Counted from the first letter of the stretch, positions 48,765-63,397 are shown. The stretch is 64,000 bases of DNA from Vicugna vicugna (GCA_013265495.1 MU058387.1:1364001-1428000), one strand, 5' to 3'. The notes: generated from the letters alone by a model not told the origin. A program made the numbers and translations.

Positions 48765-50929
48765 ATCCTTGGCATTGGCTACCAACCTTGGTCACCACTG
48801 TGACTTCAAGTTTGAATTCTGTAGGTCATGTATGATGACCCTTTAATCCTATTTTCCTTTAGGCTGTCCCCTACTACAATACTGAGGCTGATACGTAGCT
48901 TTCAGTCTTGAACATTTAAAATTCTGTTTAATTATTCAACAAGATAAATTAAAACGCTATTAACCATGTCTTACCACCTCAGTGTCAAGCAAAATTTAAA
49001 CCCATTTGATAATTTAAAAGCGATGTCCCATAACATCCATGTAGTCTTGGAAATGAAGTATTTTCTATAATGTTCATTTCCTCTGGATCTATTCTTCTTT
49101 TATATTCATAGTTTTCAGTGAAACATATATACCCACCTACTTGACCTGAATGAAAGTGTAAGGATGTAAGACTATAGATGCAGTATTGACTGAATGGACA
49201 CTTGTTGATTATAGATGAGCTTTGTAGAGAAAGGGACTCCTACAGGCATCAGCTGAAATCTCTACCCCTAGGGAGCTTGAAATCTAGTGAAGGGGAAGAG
49301 ACACACAAAACAGACGTAAAGTAGAAAGATGCTGAGATCAGTCCACAGAAGGACAGATGGATTTAGCTAAACGAGACCTCCTGGATAGCCTGAGAGTTGG
49401 GCGAGTCTGTTAAAGACAGATGACAGTGCATTCTGCACAGGCTTGTTGAATGCAGGCAGGCTACAGTCCTTGACCTTGAGAAGCATATGGCATGGCTGTG
49501 TCTAAATATTTATAATTTTCTTCTTCTTCTTAATTAATGTAATGCTTAAAATTTATACAGATATTCACACTGCTTTGGGAGCATAAGAATTATATTTAAA
49601 AAAAAAAGTTTTAGACTTTTGACTTCAAAGGGTTGTTGGGTTTTCCAGGGAAATGTTTCCATGCCTGCCAAGTCCTAGGACTGGGAAACCCTTGACACAC
49701 ATGCTCAGAGTGGCATTTATACTGGACACTTCAGATCCACCTTAACCATCATCTCCAAGACTTTGTAACAGGGAAATAAAATGATCAATATGATAGTGCA
49801 TAGCATAGAATAAAAACCTGGGAGAAAGACAGTTAATTGCATGGCGGCTGAGCAGTATCATTCAACATGCAGATCGAGAAAGCCCTCGGTAACGTGGTAT
49901 TTCTATCTGAATTTGTCTTTGAGGGAGATGGTAAGTCAGGTTCAACTTTACTTGCAAAGTAGCATGGTAGTACAGTATATTTTGTTAAGCCATAGAATTT
50001 ACTCATTAAGCCTTAGTTAAGACCCCACTATAATCCAGACACATATGTGGCAGATACATGAATAAATACATGCATTGCAACAAAGTGATACATATTGATA
50101 AAAGGGACATTCCTCTTTGTGAGGGCAGTCAGTCAGCTGTCTCTCTCAGTCAACTTGTTATGTAAACAGGATGTTCTAAAGGTGGATGTGTGCAGCTTCT
50201 GGGTGGTTCCTCTACATGTGTCCCCCGTGACATTAATTGTCATAACTCAGGGCTACCTTCTAAATCGTGGAGATGCTCTTACTATCACAAACCTTACTTC
50301 TGCTTTATAGGCAGAAAGATGAGTGGTCCAGAGGAAGAGCTTTTCTCTAGCAGGTAGCGAATTAAACAGCTTGTTTTTGATAGCAAATCCTAAGGTAGTT
50401 CAGAAGGCAGAGAAAAGTGAATTTACTGAAATACATGTAATTGAACGCTAGACACAGTACACATTTTGGTGATGACTCTTCTGAAAAGGCACTCAGTATC
50501 TAATTAATGGCATTCAGTTAATATCCAATATTTTGATTATCTTAGGTCTTCAGGGTTAAGCAGTCCTAATAATGCGGTCAAGAGGTGCACGTGTACCACT
50601 AGCGCAGCACCACATACACCCGGGCAAGAAATTTACATTTCCAGTTAAGATCCTGACAAGATTGTGGCTGCTTACTCTAGTTAGTTACTAAATGAGGAAG
50701 TGGAAATGTGAAAAAAAGTAGCTTGATAGCCGATTTTAATCCATTTTGTTGTTGCTGTTGTTCAGATTCCACTGAAAGCTTTTGAATAATATAGTTAGTA
50801 ATCAAAAGCTGAATGCAGGCTCGATTATTCAAACAATCTAGGGCTTTGTCAGTTCCCTTCAAGAACACTCTGATGTGATCATGAAATGCAATTCAACTTA
50901 CAAAGTTAACTATAAATAGGATATGTTTA

Positions 50930-51056
50930 CAGGTACAAAAAATATGGCGGTGTCTTGATCAGGGTGCTATTTACATGAATGTCTTTGCTTTGTGAAAATT
51001 AATCAGCCTGTAAGCTTCTGGCTTCTGCACTTTCTAGTATATATGTTATGCTTCAG
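50930..51056 (+). mobile_element. L1ME-like 3' end
   Basis: tcttgatcagggtgctatttacatg...ctttgtgaaaattaatca...tgcactttctagtatatatgttatgcttca. Confidence 0.65.
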
Positions 51057-51719
51057 AGGTTTGGTTTAAAATATTATGGCGCTATTTTTTGTCCATGATT
51101 ATAATATGTTCTCTGGTTATTGCTGAATGAAATTGACTTCATGGATATAGTATGAAGGACGAGAAAAAGTATATTGAACCAGAAAATAAGCAGATAGAAA
51201 TCTAAATGTGAAGGACGGTGTATATGGGAATTACGCTTTGATTAGATAGTTTTGTAAGTAATTTCAGGTTTTAAGGATCACCAGGACTGTTTCTCTACTG
51301 GTAAGGCATTCTTTCTTATACACCTCCAACAATCTCCTTGCTACTATCATGCATAGTTCTCAGTATGTAGAAACAAGGCAAATCATTTGCTTGTTATGCT
51401 TCTTATTAAATTAAAAGGCAGGTAAATATAGTGACCAGTTGGATTGCAAGTCCTATAACCTGACTTTTGACCCATGTCTAAAGCTAAAGCGATGTATAAC
51501 CTTGCATGCAAAAGTTCATATTCCTGGACTATAATAGAGTCATCTGCAAAAAGGAGAATGATTTATAAAACCTCTACCGTATTTGAATATTCTGTTATAG
51601 CACCTAAAACAATTTGAAGTGAAGCTTTTAATGTTGACCAAAAAATATTGAATTTTTCTATCTTTTTTTAGCTGATACACACACACACACAAGCACACTC
51701 AGTGTACGTGCATATATGT

Positions 51720-51912
51720 ATTATTGATATATAGTCGATTTACAATGTTGTGTTAATTTCTGATGGACAACATAGTGATTCATTCATATGTGTATATATA
51801 TATGTTCCTTTTCATGTTCTTTTTCATTATAGGCTGTTACAAGGTATTAAACATAGTTCCTTGTGCTATACAGTAGGACCTTGTTTATCTATTTTATATA
51901 TAGTAGTTTGTA
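51720..51912 (-). mobile_element. Cetartiodactyl-type L1 3'-UTR fragment
   Basis: ttattgatatatagtcgatttacaatgttgtgttaatttctg...tagttccttgtgctatacagtaggaccttgt. Confidence 0.85.
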
Positions 51913-53464
51913 ATGTTTATTTTGTAAAATAATAAGCTAATGAATGAGGCTAATGTGTTATCTGGAAACTGAGGAATCCCCTGCCAATGACTCTTTTATG
52001 CATGTGAAGTGTCTTAGATCATGGAGTAACCTTAATATGTATGTTGAGTCTACTTTATTTTAAGCTATATTAATAAGCCATCCCTTTCCTTTCCTGTTAC
52101 CTGCCTTAGGGTAAGAGACTGTTCTCAGAAGGAAGCAGAAATACTGACTGCAGTGAAGTTTAGGGTTATCTCTTGATTTTCCATTTCATTCTGTTTTTAT
52201 CCAAAGGATAAATGAAGACTAATTTAAGTTTGAAGCTAGTAATGGGAGAGCAGTAAAAATACAGACAAAAAGAATGTTTGCCATTAGTCTGTGAAAATGT
52301 TTGAAACCTCCCAGGATTCTTCCATCTGAGATTTAAGCTTGGCATGTTATTTTCCTGTTCTTGAAATGTCTCTTGTTTAAAAGACAGTGGTATCTCACAG
52401 GATATGATTCATGCCCTTATATTTACCCAAGCAAACTAATACGTATTTGTCATGGTTTACGGCAAGCCCAAAAGAGACTGGTCTTATGAACCATCATGGA
52501 CCTTAAGAGACCAGAAACAATATGATCATTTCATCAAACAATTTTTTAGAGAAAAATATATTTTTTTTTACAGAGCAAAGACTTGAGTATGAAAATGAAT
52601 GCGTGTTAAAATCATGTCATCTTCTGTCTGAGATGGTTTCTTCAAGTGATACTAATGGGGCCAAAGCAATTATTTCATTCTCTATTTTAACAAAAAAACA
52701 AAACAAAAATCTCTGCTTCAGAAATAAAAATGACTGATTCCTAGGTTGAATTTTGAAAATACCCACATTTTATAACAAGTGGAAAGAATATATAGATCTT
52801 AGAAGGATCCATTACCAATTCTCAAATATTACTTAAAATTAATAACATTTTTATTCACAATGAGAAGAACTACTCTCTCTCGACCACTTTATTTTCGATG
52901 TGTTCATTGAAAATAAAAGCCACTTTTATGGCTTGACAGTTGTAATTCTGCTTATGTGAGGAAGGTGGATGAAGAAAGAAAAATATTTTGGAGAAAAAAG
53001 TATGAGTGGTTGATCTAATCTAGATCAGATTTAGTGTATGATCAAAGCTGAGAAAAACTATTACAAGAGAAAAGGCATCAGACATATGAGAAATTAATCT
53101 CTTACATATCACCTTGTCTATTTTCTTTATCTTATTCTTAATTTCCCCAGCATCAACTAATTTGTATTGCCTGGAATGTTGCTCAATCGTGATATGCTGA
53201 ATTATTCAGTGGTTAATATGTTCCAGATTCTGCACTGGATGGGAAAGTAATAAAAGCTATGTTTGATATGTGTGTAAACATAGCCTCTACCCACTAAAAA
53301 TGATATAGGAAAAGAAGAGCATGAAAAAAAAAATGAAGGAAGAATACAGATGGCATGCAAATTAGGCCAGTCCCCTAGCTTCTTATCAGACAGCCCCTGG
53401 GCATCTTCGCTATGTGCAATTTAAAGACAGAATTGTTGTGACTATCTGGAGTTTAACAGATAAC

Positions 53465-54020
53465 CATTCATTCAACCCAGTTTAAGTCCCAAGTGTGTCA
53501 TGCCTTGAGACAGAAAGATGTAGAGAGCACATTTTGCGCTCACACTCTAATGGAATACGAATTTGCAAAAAATACATAGTAAAGGATAATAAACTATGAT
53601 GGGAGAATCAAAGAGTCTTACATGAAATACTGAATAAACTCCTTCCCCAGCCTATGGCAGGTCTACTGAGGCTTCTTAGATGAGATGGTGTCTTGGAAAG
53701 AGGATGCTGCCATAAGAAAATTAGACGAATTGGATTTTGGGGAAAGAGCACTTTGTGTGAAAAGATACAAACATGGATTAAAAATCTGTGTTACATTTTC
53801 AAACTACTTCATGTAGTCTAGATCGAAAATAAAAAAAAGAGTGTGAATTGGGAGTATGAGTGTAAAGGCTGGACTGGGACAGAGGTGGCTCATAAATCAT
53901 AGACTGTTTATATGCTGAGGTACCTCACTGGATTTATCCTGAAGAGGATGGAGAACCAGTAAAACATTCTAAACTGTGGGTAACATGGTTAGATTTCTAT
54001 TTTAGGAAAAGCACTCTGTA
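53465..54020 (-). mobile_element. L2 LINE fragment
   Basis: cattcattcaacccagttt...ggatttatcctgaagaggatggagaaccagt...acatggttagatttctattttaggaaaagcactctg. Confidence 0.7.
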
Positions 54021-56599
54021 GAAAGTAAAGTGTGGTGTTGGGCGTGTTTTGAGGAGGATTTAGAAGGAACACAACAAATCTCAAAGGAAAGAATCAGTTT
54101 CTTCTGAGATAATGCCCTTAACTCTTCATTCTCTAATCACAAGGTGAGTCTATGGCTTTCTCTGACATCTCTCTCTCCAAAGTAGACACTTCAGGCAGAC
54201 ACCGAGATTCTATTTCCAAGATTCCCTTAATCATTCTTACTCTTCTTCTGAGACTGACCCTTTGCTTGAGACTGGATTCAATGTTCTCCCTCCCTCCCTT
54301 GGACTGAAGGGATCAGACCAACAGTGTTGTGGAGGGGAGGAATAGCAAGGCATGCTGAGTATCCAGATAAAGGGATCCTTTCTGGCTCTCTCACTGAGAA
54401 AGGTGCTTTTGGGGTCAAGATAAATATAAACTAGACACTCTTAAATAATGTTATACAAAGGAGGGGAGGAGTGCTGTCAGAAATCAAGTGGACACTCATA
54501 CAAGCATGGCTATTAATCAGTACATATTTGTTTCTATGATTGGACATAAAAGGAAGAAAGTAGGAATTGCATAGAGGGCCACAATATCCAGTTAGTTTTC
54601 AGGGTTTAGAAAGGTTGAAGTTCTTCCTTAGAACACTCATTCTGTGGCTTGAGCTCAGAAGGCATGAGTGGTGGCATGTGGCAGAGTGAAACTCTTGACA
54701 AAGGACAAATTGAAGATCCTACAGATCAGATTCAATATTTGGGAAAAAATTAAGATAACTGGTTCGAAGACATAGCTAGTGTCCAGGAAGATCAAGGCAT
54801 ACGGATAAAACAGAACCATAATGCCTAGTGTGTGTCACCACCGGGGCTCATAGTAAAGCCTTCTCAGTGATCCGCTGAACCCCAGGGCCACCTCCCATCA
54901 TCCCCTCTCCACCTGCCCTCATCTCATGTGGCTCTGGAGTCCTCTGAATTTCAACTGAACAGAGATGCTGGCTTCCAGGCACACTGGGCTCTCTGATATT
55001 TGGATGAAGGTGATAATCTCCATTTTAAAGAGATTGTCAAACTGAACGCTTTACTGGGGAGTTGGATCTTCAGGCCAGGTGGTCAGGAGAGGGGTGTCAG
55101 TTGGGTTTAGACATGAGATGTTTCCATGAATTGAAGTAGTGAAAAACATGGAAGTAAATGAGTTCCCATATGGGCTGTAGATTGTGGGGCAATCAGATAA
55201 TTTGCCCATCCCTATGACTATGTTGGATTTCAATCTGGGGCCAATTCAAAGGAATAAATCAATGTTCTTTGGAAAAGTTAAAATCAGTAAAGCTGGAAAA
55301 ATGTGATGAAGCCAAAAGAAAGTTGTCACGATTTTGTTTCAATCTTCAAAATCAAAGGCGGAGAAAGCCAATGGCTACTAACAGCTGTATCCATTATAAA
55401 ATGTACATTTTCCTTAGTTTAGAGCTGAAAACTTCATCCAGGGAGAAAAGGCAAATGCCAAAGTATGTTGAGGCTGACTAGTCCCACTACACTTTAATTC
55501 AGGCAACATTCCAAGCATAATAGAAACGACATTAGCAAAACTGTTTTCTTCATTTTCCAGAATAAATTTGCAACTCGTAATGGACTGGATTATTCAGATT
55601 AACATGGATCCAGTAACAAGCATTACAAGCCTCTTCTAAAGCGGGTCCAGCCTGGAAGCCTGATAACTCATAATGCAAAATGTTTTGAATTTACACTTGA
55701 AAATGGCTATTGTGCTTAATGAAGCATGCATTACAATATAATTTTCTAGCATCGTTCATACAAGGATGGATTGCAACTGATTAGAGCTGTATTGAAAATA
55801 CAGTTCTTCTCAACAAGACACAGCCCCGTGCCTCCATGGGCGTGTGGGAAGAGATCCACAAAAATGGGGCCGGTGGACAAGGAAACGCAACCACGCTCTT
55901 TCTGCTGAAGGCTGAGAAATGAAACCAAATGATAGATTTACGTATCTCCTGAAAAGATCCCAAGAACTGCAGTTTGAGGGGCCAAGTTTTATTTCATTTT
56001 TCTGTTTTTTTTTTTTCATTTACTCAGGATGAGGGGTGTGGAGCACAAAGTCTACTAGCCAGAAACCTTCAATCATGCTGGTTATATAAAGCACATTGAT
56101 TTTATCTTCATCTTTGGGAGGATAATCTCTGTCAAGGAGAAATTTGATAAAGACATCAATGTGCATGCCTTTTGTGGGTGTGTGTATCAAACCATTTATT
56201 ACTGCTCAGATTTTTAAAATGCTAGAACATTCATTTATTTGTTGATGTGAACATTACTGAATATCTAAAATGTTATCTGGTACTGTTAGTAACCATGGGG
56301 TACGTCTCAGGAAAATTTTCAAAGAAAATTTCGTTTCCATGTTTTTAGTCACCAAGAATTCATTTAGTATTAACTGTGTGGTATTAACATGGCAAAGGAA
56401 AAGGGAGTTATTGGGGGAGATAGTGCTTGATGATGTTTTATTATTATCTGAGCCACAGAATATTTTTAAATAAGAGATTATGGACACAACATATAGGGGA
56501 GATTTAAAATATCATATAGGAGTTAAGAGTTTCATTAGATTGGACATTTTATTATTTTGCTCCCATTAACCTATGGCTGGGAACGTTGGAGATAAGCCA

Positions 56600-56900
56600 A
56601 TTTAGTTACATAATTTGAGACATAATTGACATACACATGCAAGCTTAAGGTGTACTACACATTGATTTGATACACTTCTATTGCAGTATGATTGCTATGG
56701 TAATGTTAGCTAACATCTCTGCTATGTCACATAATTATCATTTCTTTTTGTGGTGACAACAATTAAGATCTAGTCTGTTAGGAAGTTAAATGTTTGTAAT
56801 ACAGCTTTGCTGTCTGTAATCACTGTACTGAGTATCAGGTGTCCAGAACTTATTCATCTACTAGTTGCAAACATGTACCCTTAAACTGTATCTCTCTCAT
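56600..56900 (-). mobile_element. L1MA9-like 3'-UTR fragment
   Basis: ataattgacata...tcacataattatcatttctttttgtggtgacaacaattaagatcta...ccagaacttattcatct. Confidence 0.8.
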
Positions 56901-59329
56901 GCCCTTTCAAGGGCATATATTTTAAGTGCACGTGTGTATATGTTATCTATATTTACATCTATAGATAATAACTTGATCATTAGAACTGTAGTGTGTATTA
57001 AAATTTATGACTGTGTTATAAATTTCTTAACCCAAAAACAAATGCTTACTTTGGAGAATTTTAGGCACCAAGCAGGGTAACAGAGAGGATAGATTGAAAA
57101 ATTATAGCCATGAGGTATTTTTCCAGGAACCCACAGATTACACTGTTTTTGTAACTTTCCAATTTCATCTTATCTCAAGGGTGGCTTTGCATAGACACTG
57201 AGTGGAGCAAAATAAGCAATAAACCATCTGTGTATTGATGAAGGGAGTATTCTGCCTAATTCTCCACTTCATAAGAATAAAAAAGACTCTCCTATGGGGA
57301 GCTCCTACAAGGATTTGAGCTCTGACTAGATTCCTTGAGTCTCGTTGCTGAGCTATTTTATTATCCTAAGATCTGCAACCAAATAGATTAAAACCAAAGG
57401 ATTTTGTGTCAGATAATTAGAAATATATGTCTTTGTATAACATTGGTAAACCTTTGTCTATATATAGAAAATTTTTTCTATTTCTCCAAAGAATATTAAT
57501 TTCAAGCGATTGTTTTGTGTGCTTTTGTTTCGTCCTGGATGGTCTTCTATTTCTGTTGACACATAAAGGAATATTCTATTTTCATGCAAAACTTCTACGA
57601 GGAAGCTCCCTGTCTTGTCATCTTGTGAAAGGAAGTCATCTTGTTTTATATGCATTTTGGACTCAACATTGGTTGGATCATTTATCATATGGCCCATTTT
57701 TAGCCTCTGCTTGATCAGGGAACTTGAGTATGCACTGTTGAACAGGGGTTTGTCTATGTCAACGCAGTAAGTTTTCCAAGAAGAACTCCAGCTTCCTGTA
57801 CAGAGTCGTAATACAATTCTAACTTTATGCACGCTAGAAAAATTAAGAGACAAAGCATCAAATACTCAAAAGTCAGCTTCCTTAACGGATATGCTGAGTT
57901 CTCATAAACCTGAGAAAGTCCTGAAGACTCTGTAACCTCCTGGTAAGTCAGATACCACTCTGTTCATCTGTCTCTCTTCTGACTCCTCTTAACCTACTCA
58001 ACTCAGTTATATTTCTTTTATTTCTTCTGCTCCTTTCCATGTCCATCTAAATGAGCTATTTTCCTTTGAGAATGTATCAGGAAAAAAAAAACTATACTAT
58101 AAAATTGCTGGATCAAAGGTGATCTACAGAATTTGAATTAAAACCTCGATCAAGAGCCAAGTTAAGAACTATAATGAAGGGTTTTCCTATACCTTACGAA
58201 AATTACTGCAGAATTCAAGATTTTCTTAGATTGTTATTGCCCTCAAGTATAAATCAATGCCAAATTGTTCAGGTAATTGTTAGTTCAGTTAACTGTTGAA
58301 AGGCAATGGGGAAAGAAAGCACATAGTCTTGGCTGAGAAATTGGCATTTATCTCAGTAACTGCTTATATATTATTATGTAAGTCTGAATTTTCTTTCAAG
58401 AATGGTTCAGATGCCATCTTTTCTGAGATATCTTGCCAGCCTGTTGGATCAGTGGCTCCCTTCTTCCTTCTCTAAAGCTTCATGTAGCCATGGAATGGTT
58501 AGACGGAGAACACCATGAGTTGCTGTGGCCAGAATGGATGCTTAATGTCATGCAGGGAATAAAATGCTGCCAAAGCTGCTTTCCAAGAAAGAATCTCTTG
58601 TTGCATTTGACCTTAATCCTGAAGATGTACCATTTGCCAAATTATGAAAGAATGGATATCCTTTTCAATACCACAATAAAGTCAGTAGACACATCTGTGC
58701 AGAGAAGGACCAAAAATGCTGGACAATTTAAAATAAATCTGGAAAAAATTACCAGCCTAGAGACAATTCTTCCAATGACATTTGGATTAGAGTTTTCACA
58801 CATTCTTGGAGAAAGAGAATGAAAATTTCTTTTCTGAGTCCTTCTGAATCTAATTATATAATTATAATAATGTTAAAGGAATGGTAATGGACTACTGGGT
58901 GGGCATCACACAGTGGGGGGTCCTCTGTTCTCAGACTTCATATAGGTGCTTGCCTTTATAAATCTCAAGTTAAAAATCCTCATATTAATTAAAAAGAGGC
59001 ATCTGGCTTATTTGCACCTTACAGGAGTTGCATGACTTCTAAGAAGAGTATGGTACCCAGTTAAAGTAAAATTCTTCATTCCAAGTCTGTTTCTTACTGG
59101 ATGTGCTAAGTAAGGCATCTGCATATCACTGCATCATGGCACTTACCACTGTGTCGTGACTGCATAGGGCTTTGCTGTTGTGTTACGTATTCCTAAGTAG
59201 AAACTGTATTATATACATTTAAATATGTGTATAAGAAAAAATACCCAACTTGGGCCAAAGATAGCTGTCACTTCCTTGACCTGAGACAGACATACCAGAT
59301 AGATTAAACATACATGTCTTCTTTTTCTG

Positions 59330-59610
59330 TGGCTAAAAAAGTGGAAATTAAAGTCCAGAAGGTACTTTGTCATGACTTCTACGTGTTTATTGGTTTGTCT
59401 GTCTGTGTAAAGCCTGTCTGTACTGAGCAAAACAGTTAAAAGGAGGTGTGAGAAGAAGCCAGAGCTTGTAACAAGTACACAAAATCCTAATGGGTTCTTT
59501 CTTAAGGATCATATCATTCTTATCTTTGGGTTTCACGAGACTCCTAAAATCCTTTTAAAGTTAGTTCGAGATGTATTTCTGTTACTTGTAACCATAAAAT
59601 TTCTAAATAG
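59330..59610 (+). mobile_element. Old MaLR LTR fragment
   Basis: 3' end aagttagttcgagatgtatttctgttacttgtaaccataaaat. Confidence 0.5.
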
Positions 59611-60494
59611 TAAGGGGAAAGAATGGGGAGAAGCAGAAAAGACTTTCCAGTTAGAAGTCGCCAGGTTGTAAATATATCCTCTTCAGATGAGTTTGCATAA
59701 AAATGTGTCTAATTAGAAAATTAATGAGAGTCATGGAAATCCAGGAACAGAAACCCAAGTTCAGGCAGGCCTTGTGACACCTAGAAAGTGAACTAAAGCA
59801 TCATGAGGCAGCCCTCTCTTGGGTGGATGCCTTCCCATAGCACCTGTGTTTCTTTCTGCACATGTAATCCATTTTCTTTTCTCTACCAATTTGCTTTTGC
59901 TTAGTATTCGTGGCCCCTGCTCTACTAAATTTTTGGGTTGCTTATGGTCTTATTAAGACACTGGATCACTTTATTGCCCCTGGAACCGGGGATAATGTGA
60001 ACCACAAAAACAACAGTAGCTAACATGTAAAGCACCTACCATTTTGCTGGCATCCCAGGCAGCTGAGATTCAGAAATATGACACAGGCTCTAATAATCAC
60101 CCAACTCTACAAGCGATACTGAGTCAGAAGCTGGTGACATGAAAGAGCAGGGGCCGGGGGCCGCTTTGGTGAGGATAATAGAAGCCATAGCCCCTTTGCC
60201 TCATCCCCGGCATGGGCTGTTCCCAACTGTGGTTCCGGTGACAGTGTCAGCCAATGATAGAACTGGTGGGAGAAGGTGTGGTGTCTGCACCTCATAACAG
60301 CAACGGTAGACAAGTCTTCATGGACACATTCTACTACATAATTCAAAACTCCTCTAGCCTCAGGCTTGCAAGTCTGGTCTACAAAGCTCTCAGAGTGCCT
60401 GTGAGCTGCACAGTCTTCATAATATTTCCTTAAGATTCTCCAGATGTGGTTTCTCTTTGCTTGCAACCTGCCGATGTTACAATAGCCTCGAGGT

Positions 60495-60647
60495 CACGAG
60501 TTGGTAAACGCTGACGTAAAAGGCCAGATAGCAAATATTTCGGGCTTCGCCAGCCACGTGCAGGCATATTCGTTCGACGTTATTGGGGTTGTCAGTGTCT
60601 GTGTTTTGTTTTACACCCCTTAAATCATGGAGTTTGCACATCCCTGC
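60495..60647. mobile_element. MER58-like hAT-Charlie MITE (internally deleted)
   Basis: gttggtaaac...gtaaaaggccagatagcaaatattt...gagtttgcacatccctg. Confidence 0.7.
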
Positions 60648-62424
60648 TTTAAGCATTTAGCAGTACTGCCCCGGACCTCAGTCTCTTTAGTTACTCAATT
60701 CCAGCTTGCAGAGAAATTTACTTGGTGCTATTAGTCTCCCTGAAGCAAGCAGTTTCTTAAAGATAGCTTCACAATAGTTTCTCATACGTTAGCAGGGGAA
60801 GGACTCTGAAGCCAAGAGTTAACTGCTGGCGTTAAGTGTACCCCCCCGTGAGTGAGTGAAAATTTTGGGCTTGGCCAGCCTGACTAGCTCCATTGCCCCA
60901 AGCTGAGCTCGTCCTAGGGACCCCATGACCGAGGCGATTCCTATGGTCTTCAGGCATGTGACTGTCATTAGGACAGAAGTAGAAGAATCACCGATGTACA
61001 GTTTGAACCTATTTATTATGTCTTTTAAACCAACCAACGAAGCTCAAATCATATTTCTAGATTTTACTTCTATTTTATTTAAATGGATATAAAAATAAGC
61101 CTAATTGGCATCAGGAAGGTTCTAGAGGACTCTGTGTAAGTCAGGAGAAGTTATTAATGACCTCTACAATCCAACACATAGATCTATAAGGCGATAACAA
61201 ACAAATAAACAAGCAAATAAATGAATAAACAAAACTCCAAGAGGGTGCCAGATTTGTTGAAGCCTCACTCTAGCTTCCCTTCACTAATCTTGGTCTCACC
61301 TCAAGTATTAGTATAATGGGGTCTCAGTCTTCCAATAGCAGCAAGCAGCTGGTTTGGGTTTGGATCCCGTGGACACAGTGGGAACATAGACACGATCAGT
61401 CACAGACATTGGGAGGAGGCTATTATGGAGAAGGTTTTTAGCAAGTAAATGACATGATGATCAATATCAAATCAAGCATTGTCCTAATCCGTGCTGTTTT
61501 CATGGCTTTGATTAACTTCATTTTTGTGCACCATCTTCAGTGCTGCTTGAGTACAGCAGAAGACAAAGCCGGCATGCTCCCTGGTCTGATTTCTGAATTG
61601 GTGGGATTTCAGACTGCAGAGCCCATCTCGCTGACAGAGATTCGATTAAGCCCAGCCAGACCATGCAACCTTAAATAATAAATACTGTAATTAGTTAGTT
61701 CACAGACATTAAATTATATTTGATTTTGTGTTGCAAATTACAAGTCCCTCTTTTGCTTTTCAAATGAATAGAGAAGTATATTTTATAGTTAGGCAAGTGC
61801 CAAGAAGGAAGCATGGTTGATTATCCTTTATGAGAATTTGTAAGATGTCTCTCTGGTCTTTCAGTACTGAAAAATACTTCAGCTTTTTTTCCCCAGCGGT
61901 TGAACTGTCTAATGTGAACAAGTTTGTGCCATCTCTTGTCAGCATTAATACTAAATTAGAGAATAATTTGCTTTCAGGTGTTTAAAAATTGGACACAGTG
62001 GAGGTCTTTAATTACTTGGTCTGTCATTCACATTTGATTATTATATTTTTCCCTAAATGAGACTCAATTTAACTAGGTCTTAGTCATTTAAAAGGAATGT
62101 TAACATTTTGCACATTTATGATTTAGGTTTCCAATAATTTTACAACTATATGAATATGAAAACCTGCAATGATACCTAGTCAATTTTCAGAAGAATCTTC
62201 AGGATTTAAGGAATAATATTAAAATCATTAAAGTAGAAATGATAAAATGATTCTATTTGGATGTCAACACCTTCAGTCTGATACTCTTGCATTTGAAAGT
62301 TCTGGGGATTATTTTTAAAAAAGAAAGAACAAGAGAAAGACATTTAGCCCAGAGGTTAACTCTAGGCAAACCAAAATCTTTTAACTTAAAAGGAGGAATA
62401 TGCATACATTATGTTAATATTTAA

Positions 62425-62520
62425 AGCAGTGAGAATGAAGTAGTTAAAAAAATCTGTCTGCCCAGGTTCAAATCCTGGCTTCGCCACTTAATAGCTGTGC
62501 CACTCTGGCCAAGGCACTAA
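62425..62520 (+). mobile_element. MIR SINE fragment
   Basis: ctgcccaggttcaaatcctggcttcgccacttaatagctgtg. Confidence 0.8.
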
Positions 62521-62680
62521 AAACCTTATAGACGAGCTGACAGGAGACCAAGTTTGCCAGTTAATATGAGGAGAAAGCATGAACTTCAATAAGTGCTTAT
62601 GTGACGGCTAAGTATTTACTAAGACCAATGACTTGAATTATTAAGAAATGATGTTGGATTTTGGTTCTGGCTCTTACTAC

Positions 62681-63080
62681 TTGAGTCAGTTTGGGAGGCC
62701 ATAAGAAAGCACCATACAGTAGGTGGCTTAAAATACAGACCTTTATTTTCTCACTGTTCTGGAGGCTGGAAGTCCAAGATCAAGGTGAACGTAGACTTCA
62801 AGCCTCTCTTTGGCTTGCAGATGGCTGCTTTATTGCTGTGGCCCCAGTTGGCCTTTTCTCTGGCTGTGCACATTCCGTTTCTTGCTCTTCCTCTCTCTCT
62901 TCGTAAAAGGACACCAGTCATATAGGGTTAGGGCCCCACCCTTGTGATTTATTTCAACCTTAAATATCAACTTAAAGGTCCTGTCTCTAGATACACTCAT
63001 GCTGGGAATTACAGCTCCCACATACAGATCATGTGTATATTGGTGGGCAGCAGGGAGTGGTCACAGTTCAGTTCATCACA
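62681..63080 (-). mobile_element. MLT1A0/B-like MaLR solo LTR inserted into a MIR
   Basis: tttattttctcactgttctggaggctggaagtccaagatcaaggtg...aaggacaccagtcatatagggttagggccc; MIR halves on both sides. Confidence 0.85.
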
Positions 63081-63397
63081 GTGACCTAGGCCAAGTGTCT
63101 TTAACTTCTCCGAGCTACAGATGCTCTATCTTAGTGAGGGAAATAATGTATTTCATTACTTTAGAAGTATTTCAATATAAAAGATACATGGTGTTAAATG
63201 TGCATGTTGAAATTTTTAATCGATACACAAAAAGTTCAATGTAAAGAAATAAAATGAGTTTTCCATTAGAAGAATTGTGACTACTAAGGGTCTAGTTTAT
63301 GGTGTCTATTAACTACTACCATTATTATTTTTGCTTAATGCTACAATATACACAGATGAAGGAAAACTACATCTATATTCTTTCTTTTAACCACCTC

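Noticed and set aside
57704..57772. Possible small exon (ttttag...gtaagt)
   Set aside because: Weak pyrimidine tract, unrecognised peptide, no partner exons.
58433..58822. 129-aa ORF
   Set aside because: Non-ATG start and no recognisable homology or splice context.
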